A stretch of DNA of 44,431 bases from a virus (taxonomy: Duplodnaviria; Caudoviricetes), in the IMG/VR virus record IMGVR_UViG_3300033153_002357, positions 1 through 44,431 of that record; one strand, given 5' to 3'. Of the stretch, positions 34,807-44,121 are shown piece by piece. Under the pieces are notes generated by a model. The model was not told where the DNA came from and ran no database searches. It saw only the letters and a program-made list of their open reading frames with translations. The position numbers and the translations under genes were made by a program. Numbering within the stretch: position 1 is the stretch's first letter; each line of letters begins with the position of its first letter.

Positions 34807-35367
34807 ATGAATATAGAAGACGCAATAGTAAATATACAGATACCTATACCTGAAAGGTTGCGAATAGGCCTAATAAAATACACAGATAAAATGGCAACCA
34901 ATAAATTGTTGGTGGGCACGGCAAATAATTCAATGAAAAACACAGAAATTAGAAATGTCTTGGGTCATCATCTAAATAATACATCCATATCCGACATTAT
35001 CTATCATCATCATATTAGAGATCAAATAAGAATGTTTTTACCAAATGTAACTATGAAATTTCCAGAGCTAAAAATAGATAATATATTGCAGATAGATTTG
35101 TTAAAATATAAAAAAGGTTTTTTCTACAAACAACACGTAGACTATTTTGCAACCTCCAGTCGTTCAATTAGTTTTATACTTAATCTAAATGATAAATACG
35201 AAGGAGGAGACTTGGTATTTTTACACCCCACCAACAATGAAGAACTAAAAAGAATTAGTTTAAAGAAAAACTCTGCTGTGTTTTTTCCAAGCAATTTTTT
35301 ATACCCACATAAAATTGAACCCATTACGAAAGGCACTAGATACTCTACGGTGGCATGGATAGGATGA
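34807..35367 (+). CDS. 2OG-Fe(II) oxygenase (prolyl 4-hydroxylase-like)
   Basis: LLKY...HVD...YEGGDL...FPSNFLYPHKIEPITKGTRYS. Confidence 0.9.
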   Translation: MNIEDAIVNIQIPIPERLRIGLIKYTDKMATNKLLVGTANNSMKNTEIRNVLGHHLNNTSISDIIYHHHIRDQIRMFLPNVTMKFPELKIDNILQIDLLKYKKGFFYKQHVDYFATSSRSISFILNLNDKYEGGDLVFLHPTNNEELKRISLKKNSAVFFPSNFLYPHKIEPITKGTRYSTVAWIG

Positions 35368-35954
35368 AAGATTTTAAAGTAGTAAAAAACTTTCTTTCAA
35401 AAGAAGAACTAAAACTGTTACAGCCTTATTGTTTCAATAAAGTTTTAGACGAAAACTGGTCAGCGGATCCTGGATGTCCAATAGCGCCTGCATTTTACAA
35501 TGATGCTTTGATGAATGTATTATTAAAAAAGAAATTAAGTGTTATGGAAAAAGAAACAGGTTTAGAACTTTTACCTACATATTCGTATTGGAGATACTAT
35601 GGATATGACTGTGATCTACACACTCATACGGACAGAAACTCCTGTGAGGTGAGTGCATCTATTTGTATAAAAAAATCTGACAACTGGCCTATTCATATGA
35701 ATACAACTTGGGTAGAATTAGAAGAAGGAGACGCTGTTCTTTATTTTGGTGCAAAAGTTGTTCACGGCAGGGATCGTTTTAAAGGAGATGGCGTAGCTCA
35801 ATGTTTCTTTCATTACGTAAATAAAAATGGACCTTACGCAGATTATGCAGGGGATAGTATGAATGAAAACGCCTGGAAAAAACCTACGCCTAAATATAAA
35901 AAATTTATAAAAGAAATGAAGAAGAAAGCATATGCTAAAAATAATAGAAACTAA
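35355..35954 (+). CDS. 2OG-Fe(II) oxygenase-like protein
   Basis: PTYSYWRYY...LHTHTDRNSCEVS...GDAVLY.G...HGR...FFHYV. Confidence 0.8.
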   Translation: MDRMKDFKVVKNFLSKEELKLLQPYCFNKVLDENWSADPGCPIAPAFYNDALMNVLLKKKLSVMEKETGLELLPTYSYWRYYGYDCDLHTHTDRNSCEVSASICIKKSDNWPIHMNTTWVELEEGDAVLYFGAKVVHGRDRFKGDGVAQCFFHYVNKNGPYADYAGDSMNENAWKKPTPKYKKFIKEMKKKAYAKNNRN

Positions 35955-36453
35955 TATTCCATCCGCTACAAATCAAAGACTCCTTTCTCTTCTCAAAACA
36001 AATGGTAAGTGGTCTTTTGGTTACGATAAAGAAATAGAAACTGATTACAATAGAGATGCTGGTGTTATGTTTAATCCCTATAATGAAGGAATGTCAACTA
36101 TAGATCAAGGTGATGAAGTTATAAACGCGTATGGGTTTTTTATATATGATATGATTGCAAGTAAACTGGATCAAAAGTTTTCTAGTTTATATAGAATGTT
36201 ATACAATATATATTTCAGGGGAATAACAGAGGCTAAGTTTCATATAGATATTGAGTCTCATAATTATTGGACTTTTATATACAGCCTCAACTCTAATGAT
36301 GGAGGCTTAGAAATAAAAATTAATGGTGAAACAAAGTTTATAAAAGCAGTAGAAAGTCAGGCAATTGTTTTTCCAAGCACTTTGTATCACAGAGGAGTAA
36401 CACCTAAAACAGAGGCTAAAAGATATAGTTTAGCTTTTGTCACACAAATATGA
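35932..36453 (+). CDS. 2OG-Fe(II) oxygenase
   Basis: FHID...NDGG...FPSTLYHRG...RYSLA. Confidence 0.8.
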   Translation: MLKIIETNIPSATNQRLLSLLKTNGKWSFGYDKEIETDYNRDAGVMFNPYNEGMSTIDQGDEVINAYGFFIYDMIASKLDQKFSSLYRMLYNIYFRGITEAKFHIDIESHNYWTFIYSLNSNDGGLEIKINGETKFIKAVESQAIVFPSTLYHRGVTPKTEAKRYSLAFVTQI

Positions 36454-36818
36454 TTCTACAAGCTAAAATAATCTGGTTTCCTGAATACTTGACTTCTATA
36501 AATTATGATTATTTGGAAGACACAATAGACTGGAAAGAAGACCATCTTGAAAATGTTAGAAATTACATGAAAGAAGACGGACTCCTATACCCAGGAATAA
36601 TCATGTACAACCAGGAAAATAAAAAATACGAAATACACTGCGGCCATTATCGTTTTAAAGTAGCAAAAGAAATGGGTTATAGTGGAATGAATGTTTATAA
36701 AGTCAAGAATTACAAAGATGTTTTGTATTTGACGGAGTTCACTGAAAAATGTTATCAACATTATATTGAATTAAAACAAATAAAAGATATACATAAACCG
36801 GAAAGTAAATTTATATGA
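36450..36818 (+). CDS. ParB/Srx N-terminal-like domain protein
   Basis: MKEDGLLYPGII...YEIHCGHYRFKVAKEMG resembles the ParB G..R motif. Confidence 0.6.
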   Translation: MILQAKIIWFPEYLTSINYDYLEDTIDWKEDHLENVRNYMKEDGLLYPGIIMYNQENKKYEIHCGHYRFKVAKEMGYSGMNVYKVKNYKDVLYLTEFTEKCYQHYIELKQIKDIHKPESKFI

Positions 36819-37384
36819 GTTACGAATCATTGAAAGAAGCCACAAAATTTCATGCAGTCAACCAAGAGAATTGGTGTGGAGAAGCTTTAGCAGAATACAA
36901 ACATGAAGTATTTTCTATAATCAGGGAAAGAAATGTAAGGTCTATTTTAGACTATGGATGTGGTAAAGCAAAGTTTCACAAGATACTTTTTAATAATCCA
37001 AAAGTACCTGGATCTCCAATGGGTGTAGTTATTATAGGATATGACCCAGCTGTTCCGCAGTATGCAATAAAACAAAATATGGATTATGATTTAGTATTGT
37101 GTGTAGATGTAATGGAACATGTGCAAGAAGATAAAGTGGATGAAGTATTAGAAGATTTATTTAATTCTGGTAGACATATATTTTTAACAATAACTTGTTA
37201 CCCAGCTACACAGATTTTACCAAATGGAAAGAATGCTCATTATACCGTGAAAGAACCATCGTGGTGGAATGAAAAATTAGCTAAGTATGATGGCAAATAT
37301 ACAGTAAGATTTCAAGAAAAAGCAGAACGATCTAAAATAGTAAGAAACCCAGATCCAGGAGAAAAAGATGGAAAAAACAGCTGA
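36815..37384 (+). CDS. Class I SAM-dependent methyltransferase
   Basis: ILDYGCGK, GYDP, YDLVLCVDVMEHV, NAH....WW. Confidence 0.88.
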   Translation: MSYESLKEATKFHAVNQENWCGEALAEYKHEVFSIIRERNVRSILDYGCGKAKFHKILFNNPKVPGSPMGVVIIGYDPAVPQYAIKQNMDYDLVLCVDVMEHVQEDKVDEVLEDLFNSGRHIFLTITCYPATQILPNGKNAHYTVKEPSWWNEKLAKYDGKYTVRFQEKAERSKIVRNPDPGEKDGKNS

Positions 37385-37970
37385 TATACAAAACTTCATA
37401 GGAATATTTGATAATTATATAGATCCTAAAGAGTGTGATAAAATGATTAAACTTTTTGAGGAGAGACATAAATTTAGAGAAACTCTTGAAAGATTCCAAA
37501 CAGAAAAAGCTGCTATTACTCATAAAAAAGATAGAGCTCTTTTTTTAAACCATGAAAACGTAGACGTTTATTATGAAGAGGCAAAGACTCTTTTAATTAA
37601 TTTAGATATAGCTTTAAAAAGATATATGGAAAACACTTCCATTAATCAACACTTTCACAGATACGAATATACAGTCATGAAGATACAGAAAACTTATCCA
37701 ACAGAAGGTTATCATGTATGGCATGTAGAGTGGAGTTGTAAAACTATGGACTTCATGAAAAGAATGTTAGTGTGGGCTGTTTATCTAAATGATGTTGAAG
37801 AAGGTGGGGAAACAGAGTTTCTACATCAATCAGTTAGAGTAAAACCTAAAAAAGGAAGAATAGTAATATGGCCTGCAGCTTTCCCATTTGTGCACAGAGG
37901 AAATCAACCACTATCTGGTGAGAAATATCTTTTAACTTCTTGGATTAACGGAATACTTGGAGAAGATTAA
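37368..37970 (+). CDS. 2OG-Fe(II) oxygenase (prolyl 4-hydroxylase-like, HxE variant)
   Basis: GYHVWHVE...YLNDVEEGGETEF...IWPA.F..HRGN...KY. Confidence 0.9.
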   Translation: MEKTADIQNFIGIFDNYIDPKECDKMIKLFEERHKFRETLERFQTEKAAITHKKDRALFLNHENVDVYYEEAKTLLINLDIALKRYMENTSINQHFHRYEYTVMKIQKTYPTEGYHVWHVEWSCKTMDFMKRMLVWAVYLNDVEEGGETEFLHQSVRVKPKKGRIVIWPAAFPFVHRGNQPLSGEKYLLTSWINGILGED

Positions 37971-38359
37971 TAAGAAGAATAAGATGTAGGTCTTGCACCT
38001 AATCTAGCAACTTTTTGTTCTGCAGTTTCACCTTCGACATTGTCGTCGTCCCAGTCACCTTGTAAACCAAGTAAATGACGTGCATCAAACATATCTATGA
38101 ATTGATTGAAACTACCTAATACAGATTCGTCATATATTCCATTTTGAGAACCATCATTGTATTCTACTTGGTCATTGTCTGTATTATCATTCGTATATTG
38201 AATAGCGTGAAGATTACTAAATTTAGCTTGGTTCCAAAAAGCATCATGTTCTGGTTCTTCGAACTCATAGTTCATACCATCTTTTATACCAAATTCGCCA
38301 GACATCTTACAAATCTTTTTGTCTTCAAAAATAACTGACCATGATCCATGCTTTGACAT
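37967..38359 (-). CDS. Acidic hypothetical protein; candidate tail fibre assembly chaperone
   Basis: Directly follows the three tail-collar genes; HAIQY...QVEY. Confidence 0.55.
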   Translation of the reverse strand: MSKHGSWSVIFEDKKICKMSGEFGIKDGMNYEFEEPEHDAFWNQAKFSNLHAIQYTNDNTDNDQVEYNDGSQNGIYDESVLGSFNQFIDMFDARHLLGLQGDWDDDNVEGETAEQKVARLGARPTSYSSY

Positions 38360-38372
38360 AATAAAATTCTCC

Positions 38373-38945
38373 TTAGGTTTTAATAATATATATCACAGTT
38401 AAATAAGGTTGCAAGACCGAACTTGCACTACCTGAAAAACTTACACTTAAGGGGTGATTATGACCACCATTACCACCTCTGTTTCCTGTATTAGAGTTTC
38501 CTGCAGCACCTGTTGAAGGACCTCCGGAAATACCTTGTTGGTTAGCGGAGCCTCTACCCCCTGGAGCTCCATGATTATGTGGGGCTCTAGTTGGGTTACC
38601 AATCGTTCTATTTCCAGTGTTTCCACTAGCATTTCCTACGTTTGTAACAGTGTTAGCGCCCCCTGTAGAAGCTAAAGCTTTTGTAGGGGATCTTCCCATT
38701 ACAATGTCATCTTGTAAATTAGGTAAATTAAAAGTAGTAGAACCGTCTCCTGATCCATAAGTAGTTCCAATAGTTGCAAATAAATCTGCATACGTAGAAC
38801 GAGAAACAGCAGCTCCGTTACAGTCTAAAAATCCAGTAGGTATGGAACTATCTGACCAAGGTATAACAGATCCAGTTGTAATACCAACTAATCCTTGAAT
38901 GCTGCCTCCATCAAAATCGTATCTAGTTGCTTCGTAGTTTGACAT
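38373..38945 (-). CDS. Tail-collar-domain fibre protein, paralog 3
   Basis: GSVIPW...PTGFLDCNGAAVSRSTYADLFATIGTTYG.GDGSTTFNLPNL; two HNH motifs; QPYLTVIYIIKT. Confidence 0.88.
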   Translation of the reverse strand: MSNYEATRYDFDGGSIQGLVGITTGSVIPWSDSSIPTGFLDCNGAAVSRSTYADLFATIGTTYGSGDGSTTFNLPNLQDDIVMGRSPTKALASTGGANTVTNVGNASGNTGNRTIGNPTRAPHNHGAPGGRGSANQQGISGGPSTGAAGNSNTGNRGGNGGHNHPLSVSFSGSASSVLQPYLTVIYIIKT

Positions 38946-38952
38946 GTCTTCC

Positions 38953-39516
38953 TTATGTTTTAATTATATAAATTAACGTTATATAGGGTTGTAATACAGA
39001 TCTAGCACTACCACTGAAGTTAGCTGATGCCGGGTGATTATGACCACCATTACCACCTTTATTTCCACTGGTATAACCTTGGTTATTTGGAGATGTGGTA
39101 AAAGTACCTGGACCACCTCCAGACGTTCTTGCATTTAAAGGGTGGTTATGTGATCCCATAGTAGGTTGAGATATAGATCTATTTCCTGTGTTAGCATTTA
39201 CGTTACCCGTAGTAGCTACAGTATTAGCTCCTCCAGTAGATGCAAGAGCTTTAGTAGGTGAACTACCCATTGCAACATCATCTTGTAAGTTAGGTAAACC
39301 AAAAGTAGTTGATCCATCACCAGAACCATACGTTGTTCCTATAACTGCAAATAATGCAGCATACGTAGAACGAGATACAGTTTGACCATTACATTCTAGA
39401 AAACCAGAAGGTATGGCAGCATCCGACCAAGGTATGACTAACCCTGTATTAACTAAGTCAATACCTGTAAGGTTGGCTCCTGTGTAATCATATTTAGTTG
39501 CTTCGTAATTCGACAT
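38953..39516 (-). CDS. Tail-collar-domain fibre protein, paralog 2
   Basis: Same architecture as its two neighbours. Confidence 0.88.
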   Translation of the reverse strand: MSNYEATKYDYTGANLTGIDLVNTGLVIPWSDAAIPSGFLECNGQTVSRSTYAALFAVIGTTYGSGDGSTTFGLPNLQDDVAMGSSPTKALASTGGANTVATTGNVNANTGNRSISQPTMGSHNHPLNARTSGGGPGTFTTSPNNQGYTSGNKGGNGGHNHPASANFSGSARSVLQPYITLIYIIKT

Positions 39517-39523
39517 AATATCC

Positions 39524-40108
39524 TTAAGTTTTTATAATATATATTAAAGTTAAATACGGTTGTAAAACTGATTTAGCCCCTCCCGAAAAGTTTGCACTTG
39601 CTGGGTGGTTATGGCCACCATTTCCACCTCTATTACCAATAGTTACGGTTCTACTACCAGTAGCTCTTGCTCCACCACTTCCACTTCCAATAAAACGAGC
39701 AGAACCAGGTCCTGTTTTTTGAGCAGTGTATGGGTGGTTGTGTGAAGAAATAGTTGGTGTACTTAATGATCTATTACCAGTGTTGACTGAAATATTACCT
39801 GCTTGGTTAACAGTGTTTGCTCCACCTGTTGAGGCAATAGTTTTAGTTGGTGATCTTCCTACAACTACATCATCTTGTAAGTCAGGTAATCCAAATGTAG
39901 TGGATCCATCACCAGATCCATAGGTAGTACCTATGATAGTGAATAGATCTGCATAAGTTGATCTTGATACAGCCGCTCCATTACATTCTAAGTATCCAGT
40001 TGGAACAGATGTATCTGTCCAAGGTATAATTAAACCTGTATTAAGTCCTTGAATGTCTGTGAGATTCTGACCATCAAAATCGTACTTTGTGGCTTCGTAG
40101 TTAGACAT
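39524..40108 (-). CDS. Tail-collar-domain fibre protein, paralog 1
   Basis: Same architecture as its two neighbours. Confidence 0.88.
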   Translation of the reverse strand: MSNYEATKYDFDGQNLTDIQGLNTGLIIPWTDTSVPTGYLECNGAAVSRSTYADLFTIIGTTYGSGDGSTTFGLPDLQDDVVVGRSPTKTIASTGGANTVNQAGNISVNTGNRSLSTPTISSHNHPYTAQKTGPGSARFIGSGSGGARATGSRTVTIGNRGGNGGHNHPASANFSGGAKSVLQPYLTLIYIIKT

Positions 40109-40111
40109 GGA

Positions 40112-40813
40112 TTATTTCTCCTTATAAGTCCAACCAGTAGTAGCATCTCCTGAGTAAACTAATGTGAAACCTGCACCTTGTGTATTAACCACAAGATCAG
40201 TTCCTGAATTAGCTATGTTTGAACCATTTCTACCAACAGTTAGAGCATTTGAATTGAAATCATAACCTTGGTCAATGAAAGAAACTTCATCACCTGTAGA
40301 AGGTGAAGCAGGCAGAGTTACAGTTACAGCTCCACCATTTGTATTTACTAATAGTTGAGCACCTGCTTGAACTGTTTCTGCAGCTGTAATCGCTCTCCAT
40401 TTTTTAATTTCACCGGCTTTTACACAATTTGTTCCATCAGAATAAATTGTATAACTATGTCCTTCACATAAAAGAACACCTGTACCAGTTGAAGTTTTGA
40501 AAGTTAAAGTATTACCTGCGTGATCACATGCGTCTTCTACTGTGTAAACTTTTTCAATTCCATCAGGAATACTAACTGTAAGATTAGATGCTAATGTACC
40601 AGTTAATTTAATAACTTCATTTTTACCATCTGATAAAACACCATTTGAAAATGTTAAAGATCTAGCAGCATTAGTTATATTGAAAGTAGTAAAACCACCA
40701 ATAGCTTGTTCTAGAATAAGTAAGTTTGTATTTGTAATCTGGCCCCAAGTACCTGAGTTTTCACCAGTTGCTTGTACTGTAAGTTTTAGGTTAGCAGATG
40801 TTGAATTCGCCAT
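40112..40813 (-). CDS. Tail fibre proximal / anchor protein
   Basis: ATGENSGTWG.ITNTNL N-terminus; VTLPASPSTGDEV...LTVGRNGSNI...LVY....GW module common in tail fibres. Confidence 0.7.
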   Translation of the reverse strand: MANSTSANLKLTVQATGENSGTWGQITNTNLLILEQAIGGFTTFNITNAARSLTFSNGVLSDGKNEVIKLTGTLASNLTVSIPDGIEKVYTVEDACDHAGNTLTFKTSTGTGVLLCEGHSYTIYSDGTNCVKAGEIKKWRAITAAETVQAGAQLLVNTNGGAVTVTLPASPSTGDEVSFIDQGYDFNSNALTVGRNGSNIANSGTDLVVNTQGAGFTLVYSGDATTGWTYKEK

Positions 40814-40834
40814 TTTTTAATTCCTTATACGTTC

Positions 40835-40863
40835 ATTTTATTAAAAATATGAGTATGTGTCAA
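40835..40863 (-). promoter_or_regulatory. sigma70-type promoter TTGACA-N17-TAAAAT for the tail fibre genes
   Basis: TGTCAA 40858-40863 and ATTTTA 40835-40840; TAAGGA SD follows. Confidence 0.8.
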
Positions 40864-40868
40864 ACTCA

Positions 40869-41702
40869 TTAAGCAGCCACCTCCTGCCATCCTGGAGGGT
40901 CTATAGGTGCTGAACCTGTATTAACTTCGTTCCAGATTAGAGCACTACCATTTCCTTGACCCATAGTCAACCCTAAACCAGTTGGGAATACTTCAGCATT
41001 TCCTTTAACTGCTGAAGGCCCTGATAATGCTGCTGTTAATGGAAGTCCCGTAGGAGAGGCTATTGTTTCTGCTATAGATTCTGCTGTTCCTAAAGATGCT
41101 GATAATGCAAAACCTGTAACTGAAACTGTTACGTCTGCTTTAGCTGATAATGTACCTAATGCACCAAGCATAAACTGACCAAGTGCATTTGCATCTGGTG
41201 CAGGGTCTGCTTGACCTAAAGTTAATTGTGCTACGTTTAAAGTGTTTGCAGTTAATGTTACATCCGTAACTGCTTCTACAGATCCTAAGTTAGCTGATAA
41301 AGCTTCACCTGTTACTTGAACGAATTCCCATTCACCTGTTGCTCCCCATTCAAATAAGCCCCAGAAGTATCTGCCCCAACCTTCAGAGTTGTAAGCTTCA
41401 ACAGAACCAAGACCCATATTCGCTTGGTTACCTGTTGCCATTGCATCAGGACTAGCATCTGCTTGTCCTAAATTTGCGGACATAGCAATTCCGCTTGGGA
41501 ATGTTACAACCGCAATATCAATTGTAGTGCCTGTGTCTAATGCTGCTGTTAAAGGTAATCCAGATATATCAGGAGTTACATCAATTTGAGTTGTCTCGTC
41601 TCCTAAAGACGCAGATAGAGCTTGACCTGTAAGAGAGACGTTTTCGTCCCCCAACAAATCCCAAGTACCAAAACCCCAAGTTTGATTACCCCACGTTGCC
41701 AT
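40869..41702 (-). CDS. Putative virion structural protein with WG repeats and VTG.ALSA.LG repeats
   Basis: TWGNQTWGFGTW, GWGRYFWGLFEWG; repeated (L/V)TG(Q/E/F)ALSA(S/N)LG units; strongly acidic. Confidence 0.7.
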   Translation of the reverse strand: MATWGNQTWGFGTWDLLGDENVSLTGQALSASLGDETTQIDVTPDISGLPLTAALDTGTTIDIAVVTFPSGIAMSANLGQADASPDAMATGNQANMGLGSVEAYNSEGWGRYFWGLFEWGATGEWEFVQVTGEALSANLGSVEAVTDVTLTANTLNVAQLTLGQADPAPDANALGQFMLGALGTLSAKADVTVSVTGFALSASLGTAESIAETIASPTGLPLTAALSGPSAVKGNAEVFPTGLGLTMGQGNGSALIWNEVNTGSAPIDPPGWQEVAA

Positions 41703-41721
41703 AGGAGATTACCTCCTACGA

Positions 41722-42162
41722 TTAACCAGAGATTCTCAAAATCGCTGCTGTTGATGTCGGCGCTGGAAACTGAATTGTAAATACTCCAGAAGTAGCTGTT
41801 TTATCTGCTCCAAAATCTAAAACCGCAACCGCTGCATTTGTAGATGTAGAGGATGTGTTATAGATTAATGCTCCTCTAGCAGTTAATGAAACGTTCGTAA
41901 ACGATCTGTCTGCGAAGTCACATCTTGCTACACCAGCTGTAATTGAAGTACCATTGTTAACAAGTTTTCCACCACCAGACACATACTGACCAGTGTCTGG
42001 AACTTCGTTACTTGTTGTGAATGAAGTTGTAGCTGAGTTTAGAGTTGCTGAAGAAGTATAAAGAGCTAATTTGAAAACGTCACCACCAGAATTTGAAAAG
42101 TTAGCGTCGCCTTCTAACAGTTGCTTCTTGAACGAGTTTGCAATTGCTTGTGTTATAGCCAT
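41722..42162 (-). CDS. Virion structural protein
   Basis: SFKKQLL.G, FKLALYT, TARGALIYN, VLDFG.DKT...FTIQFP. Confidence 0.75.
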   Translation of the reverse strand: MAITQAIANSFKKQLLEGDANFSNSGGDVFKLALYTSSATLNSATTSFTTSNEVPDTGQYVSGGGKLVNNGTSITAGVARCDFADRSFTNVSLTARGALIYNTSSTSTNAAVAVLDFGADKTATSGVFTIQFPAPTSTAAILRISG

Positions 42163-42173
42163 AATTTATTCTC

Positions 42174-42824
42174 CTATTTACCTATACGAGGAACACCTGA
42201 TTGATATTCATCTCGTCTTCTTCTTCCCATTTGTTCTACTGAGAAGCCTTCAAGTACCTGTTTATACTTTTGTTCGTATAATTGCAAGAGATCTTGTGGC
42301 CCTTTCAGAAAACCATATGCCTCAACTAGACATGCATACAAAAGTCCATTGGGAAAATACAGACTTAAATATGTAGTTGTATTTGTACTCGATAAGCCTT
42401 CGTCTTTCAAGACATAATTTAACTGAATTGTGTAGGTCGCATCAGGGGTAGGAGCTAGAACTATTGTATCCTTGTCCCACCAACTATAGTATTTTGGAAC
42501 ACCTGTAGCCCCTGTATTGTTGAATTCAGACATGAAACTAGTGTCTCTCCACTGTAAAAATTCTCTATTATTTGGTTGACTTACACCGTCAGAATTTATG
42601 ATTTGAGCAGATCTAATAACTAGAGCGTTATCTGGAGTATCTATAAATCTAGTAGAAGCTACTAATTCAGCCGTAGCGTATCTTCTGTTATTATCAGAGT
42701 CTACATCTCTTAAGATTCTAAATTCTGCGTTTTCAATAAAACCATTTACAATAGTTGATGTTAACACAGTGCTTGACACTTCTGTGTAATCTCTAATTTT
42801 TGTTACTAGCTCATCATATGTCAT
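42174..42824 (-). CDS. Putative head-tail adaptor protein
   Basis: FIENAEFRI, G.PKYY, LAPTPD, LLYACL.EA..FLK. Confidence 0.7.
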   Translation of the reverse strand: MTYDELVTKIRDYTEVSSTVLTSTIVNGFIENAEFRILRDVDSDNNRRYATAELVASTRFIDTPDNALVIRSAQIINSDGVSQPNNREFLQWRDTSFMSEFNNTGATGVPKYYSWWDKDTIVLAPTPDATYTIQLNYVLKDEGLSSTNTTTYLSLYFPNGLLYACLVEAYGFLKGPQDLLQLYEQKYKQVLEGFSVEQMGRRRRDEYQSGVPRIGK

Positions 42825-43192
42825 GATATAGATACCGTTACCTCTCCGAGAATAGTTCTAGCTTCTCTTCTACTATTTATAACAGATGGATTTTCTGGCA
42901 CCATACTATTATTACTAAAATCTTGAAATGCAAAATCTCCAGGTAAAGTCAAACTAGCTATCATGTTTCCACCACCAATTTGATTTGTTGGAAAGTTTTG
43001 AGGTCTTGCCTGCTCCAATCCTTGTGGATCAGCTACAAAAGGTTTTGGCTCTAATTGTGGTTGCTTTGGTTCATACTCTGATACATGAACAAATGCACCA
43101 TTCCATTCAGTAACCATCTCTCTCCAAGGAAATGCTTGACCACTCCTATCTGAAATTGCTAATGCGTATTTTCCTTTTGCAAACTTAGACAT
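42821..43192 (-). CDS. Hypothetical virion-operon protein
   Basis: AISDRSG..FP..EM..EWNG..VH..EYEPKQPQ. Confidence 0.75.
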   Translation of the reverse strand: MSKFAKGKYALAISDRSGQAFPWREMVTEWNGAFVHVSEYEPKQPQLEPKPFVADPQGLEQARPQNFPTNQIGGGNMIASLTLPGDFAFQDFSNNSMVPENPSVINSRREARTILGEVTVSIS

Positions 43193-44121
43193 TATATCTC
43201 CGGATAATAAGTTTTAGGAGAAATATAAACACTAGCAGGTGATCCGTCTTCTTGTAATGCTCTGTTTAATTCCTCTTCGTAAATTATTCTTAACTCTTGT
43301 ACTCTTTGTGGAGCTTTTTTCATAGCTATGTAATAAGCTAAACCTGCGCACATACAAGGTACAAATCTATTAACTACATCTGCTTCGTTAGTATAAGCGC
43401 CTGCATCTTGAATTCTTTTTACATAATAAAAATATATGTAGTTTCCTGCCTGCGTATCTCCCGGGGTTAGATATAAAGTTATTGTAACTTTATCTATAAA
43501 TCTTTGTACAAAGTATTGTGATGGTTGACCTGTAGAAGATTTATTTGAAAAAGCTTGATACTGTGATCTGTTTATTTTTGAAAGTGGCGTGTCCACGTTA
43601 CTAGTATTTCTGAAACTGGCTTCAAGGACATCAGAAACCATATCAACAAAGTTTGTAACTGTATCTCCTTCGGCATGAGAAGCAGCTGTTGTTCCATCTG
43701 CACCTCTAGTTGCACCTGTTAAACTGTTTCCAGAAATTCCTGTATACGTTATTACTTCAGAATTAATTCTAACCTTACCTGATGAATTCATATTCAACAC
43801 AGAAGATAAAGGAATAGTAGTAACTGCATCAGTAATAGCTGATGATAAAGTAGCTGTTATTCCATCTGCGTTACCATCAGAAGGTGATCTAAAGATTGTA
43901 TATTCACTTTTACCTGAAACTAAACTTATAGCCGTTCTATCTACTTCCCAAAAGTGTAAACCTCTGTTGTCCCACTCTTGGAACATAATATTTAAAGAAC
44001 GTCTTGCTGATCTTAGATCGTTACCTGAATAGTCAAATAAACCTAATCTCTCAAACGCTTCAGTTATAATTTCATCTATTGATAAAAATTTTTCAAATGT
44101 ACTTGTGCCTGAAAAAGCCAT
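43192..44121 (-). CDS. Putative head completion / adaptor protein with a beta-rich insertion
   Basis: IITEAFER, SARRSLN, W.NRG, G.PSQY, CAGLAYY; central RGADGTTAASH module. Confidence 0.7.
   Translation of the reverse strand: MAFSGTSTFEKFLSIDEIITEAFERLGLFDYSGNDLRSARRSLNIMFQEWDNRGLHFWEVDRTAISLVSGKSEYTIFRSPSDGNADGITATLSSAITDAVTTIPLSSVLNMNSSGKVRINSEVITYTGISGNSLTGATRGADGTTAASHAEGDTVTNFVDMVSDVLEASFRNTSNVDTPLSKINRSQYQAFSNKSSTGQPSQYFVQRFIDKVTITLYLTPGDTQAGNYIYFYYVKRIQDAGAYTNEADVVNRFVPCMCAGLAYYIAMKKAPQRVQELRIIYEEELNRALQEDGSPASVYISPKTYYPEI

Noticed and set aside
38373-40108. Diversity-generating retroelement or invertase shufflon acting on the fibre genes
   Set aside because: No reverse transcriptase or recombinase in the window, differences are not adenine-specific, and all copies are full-length in the same orientation
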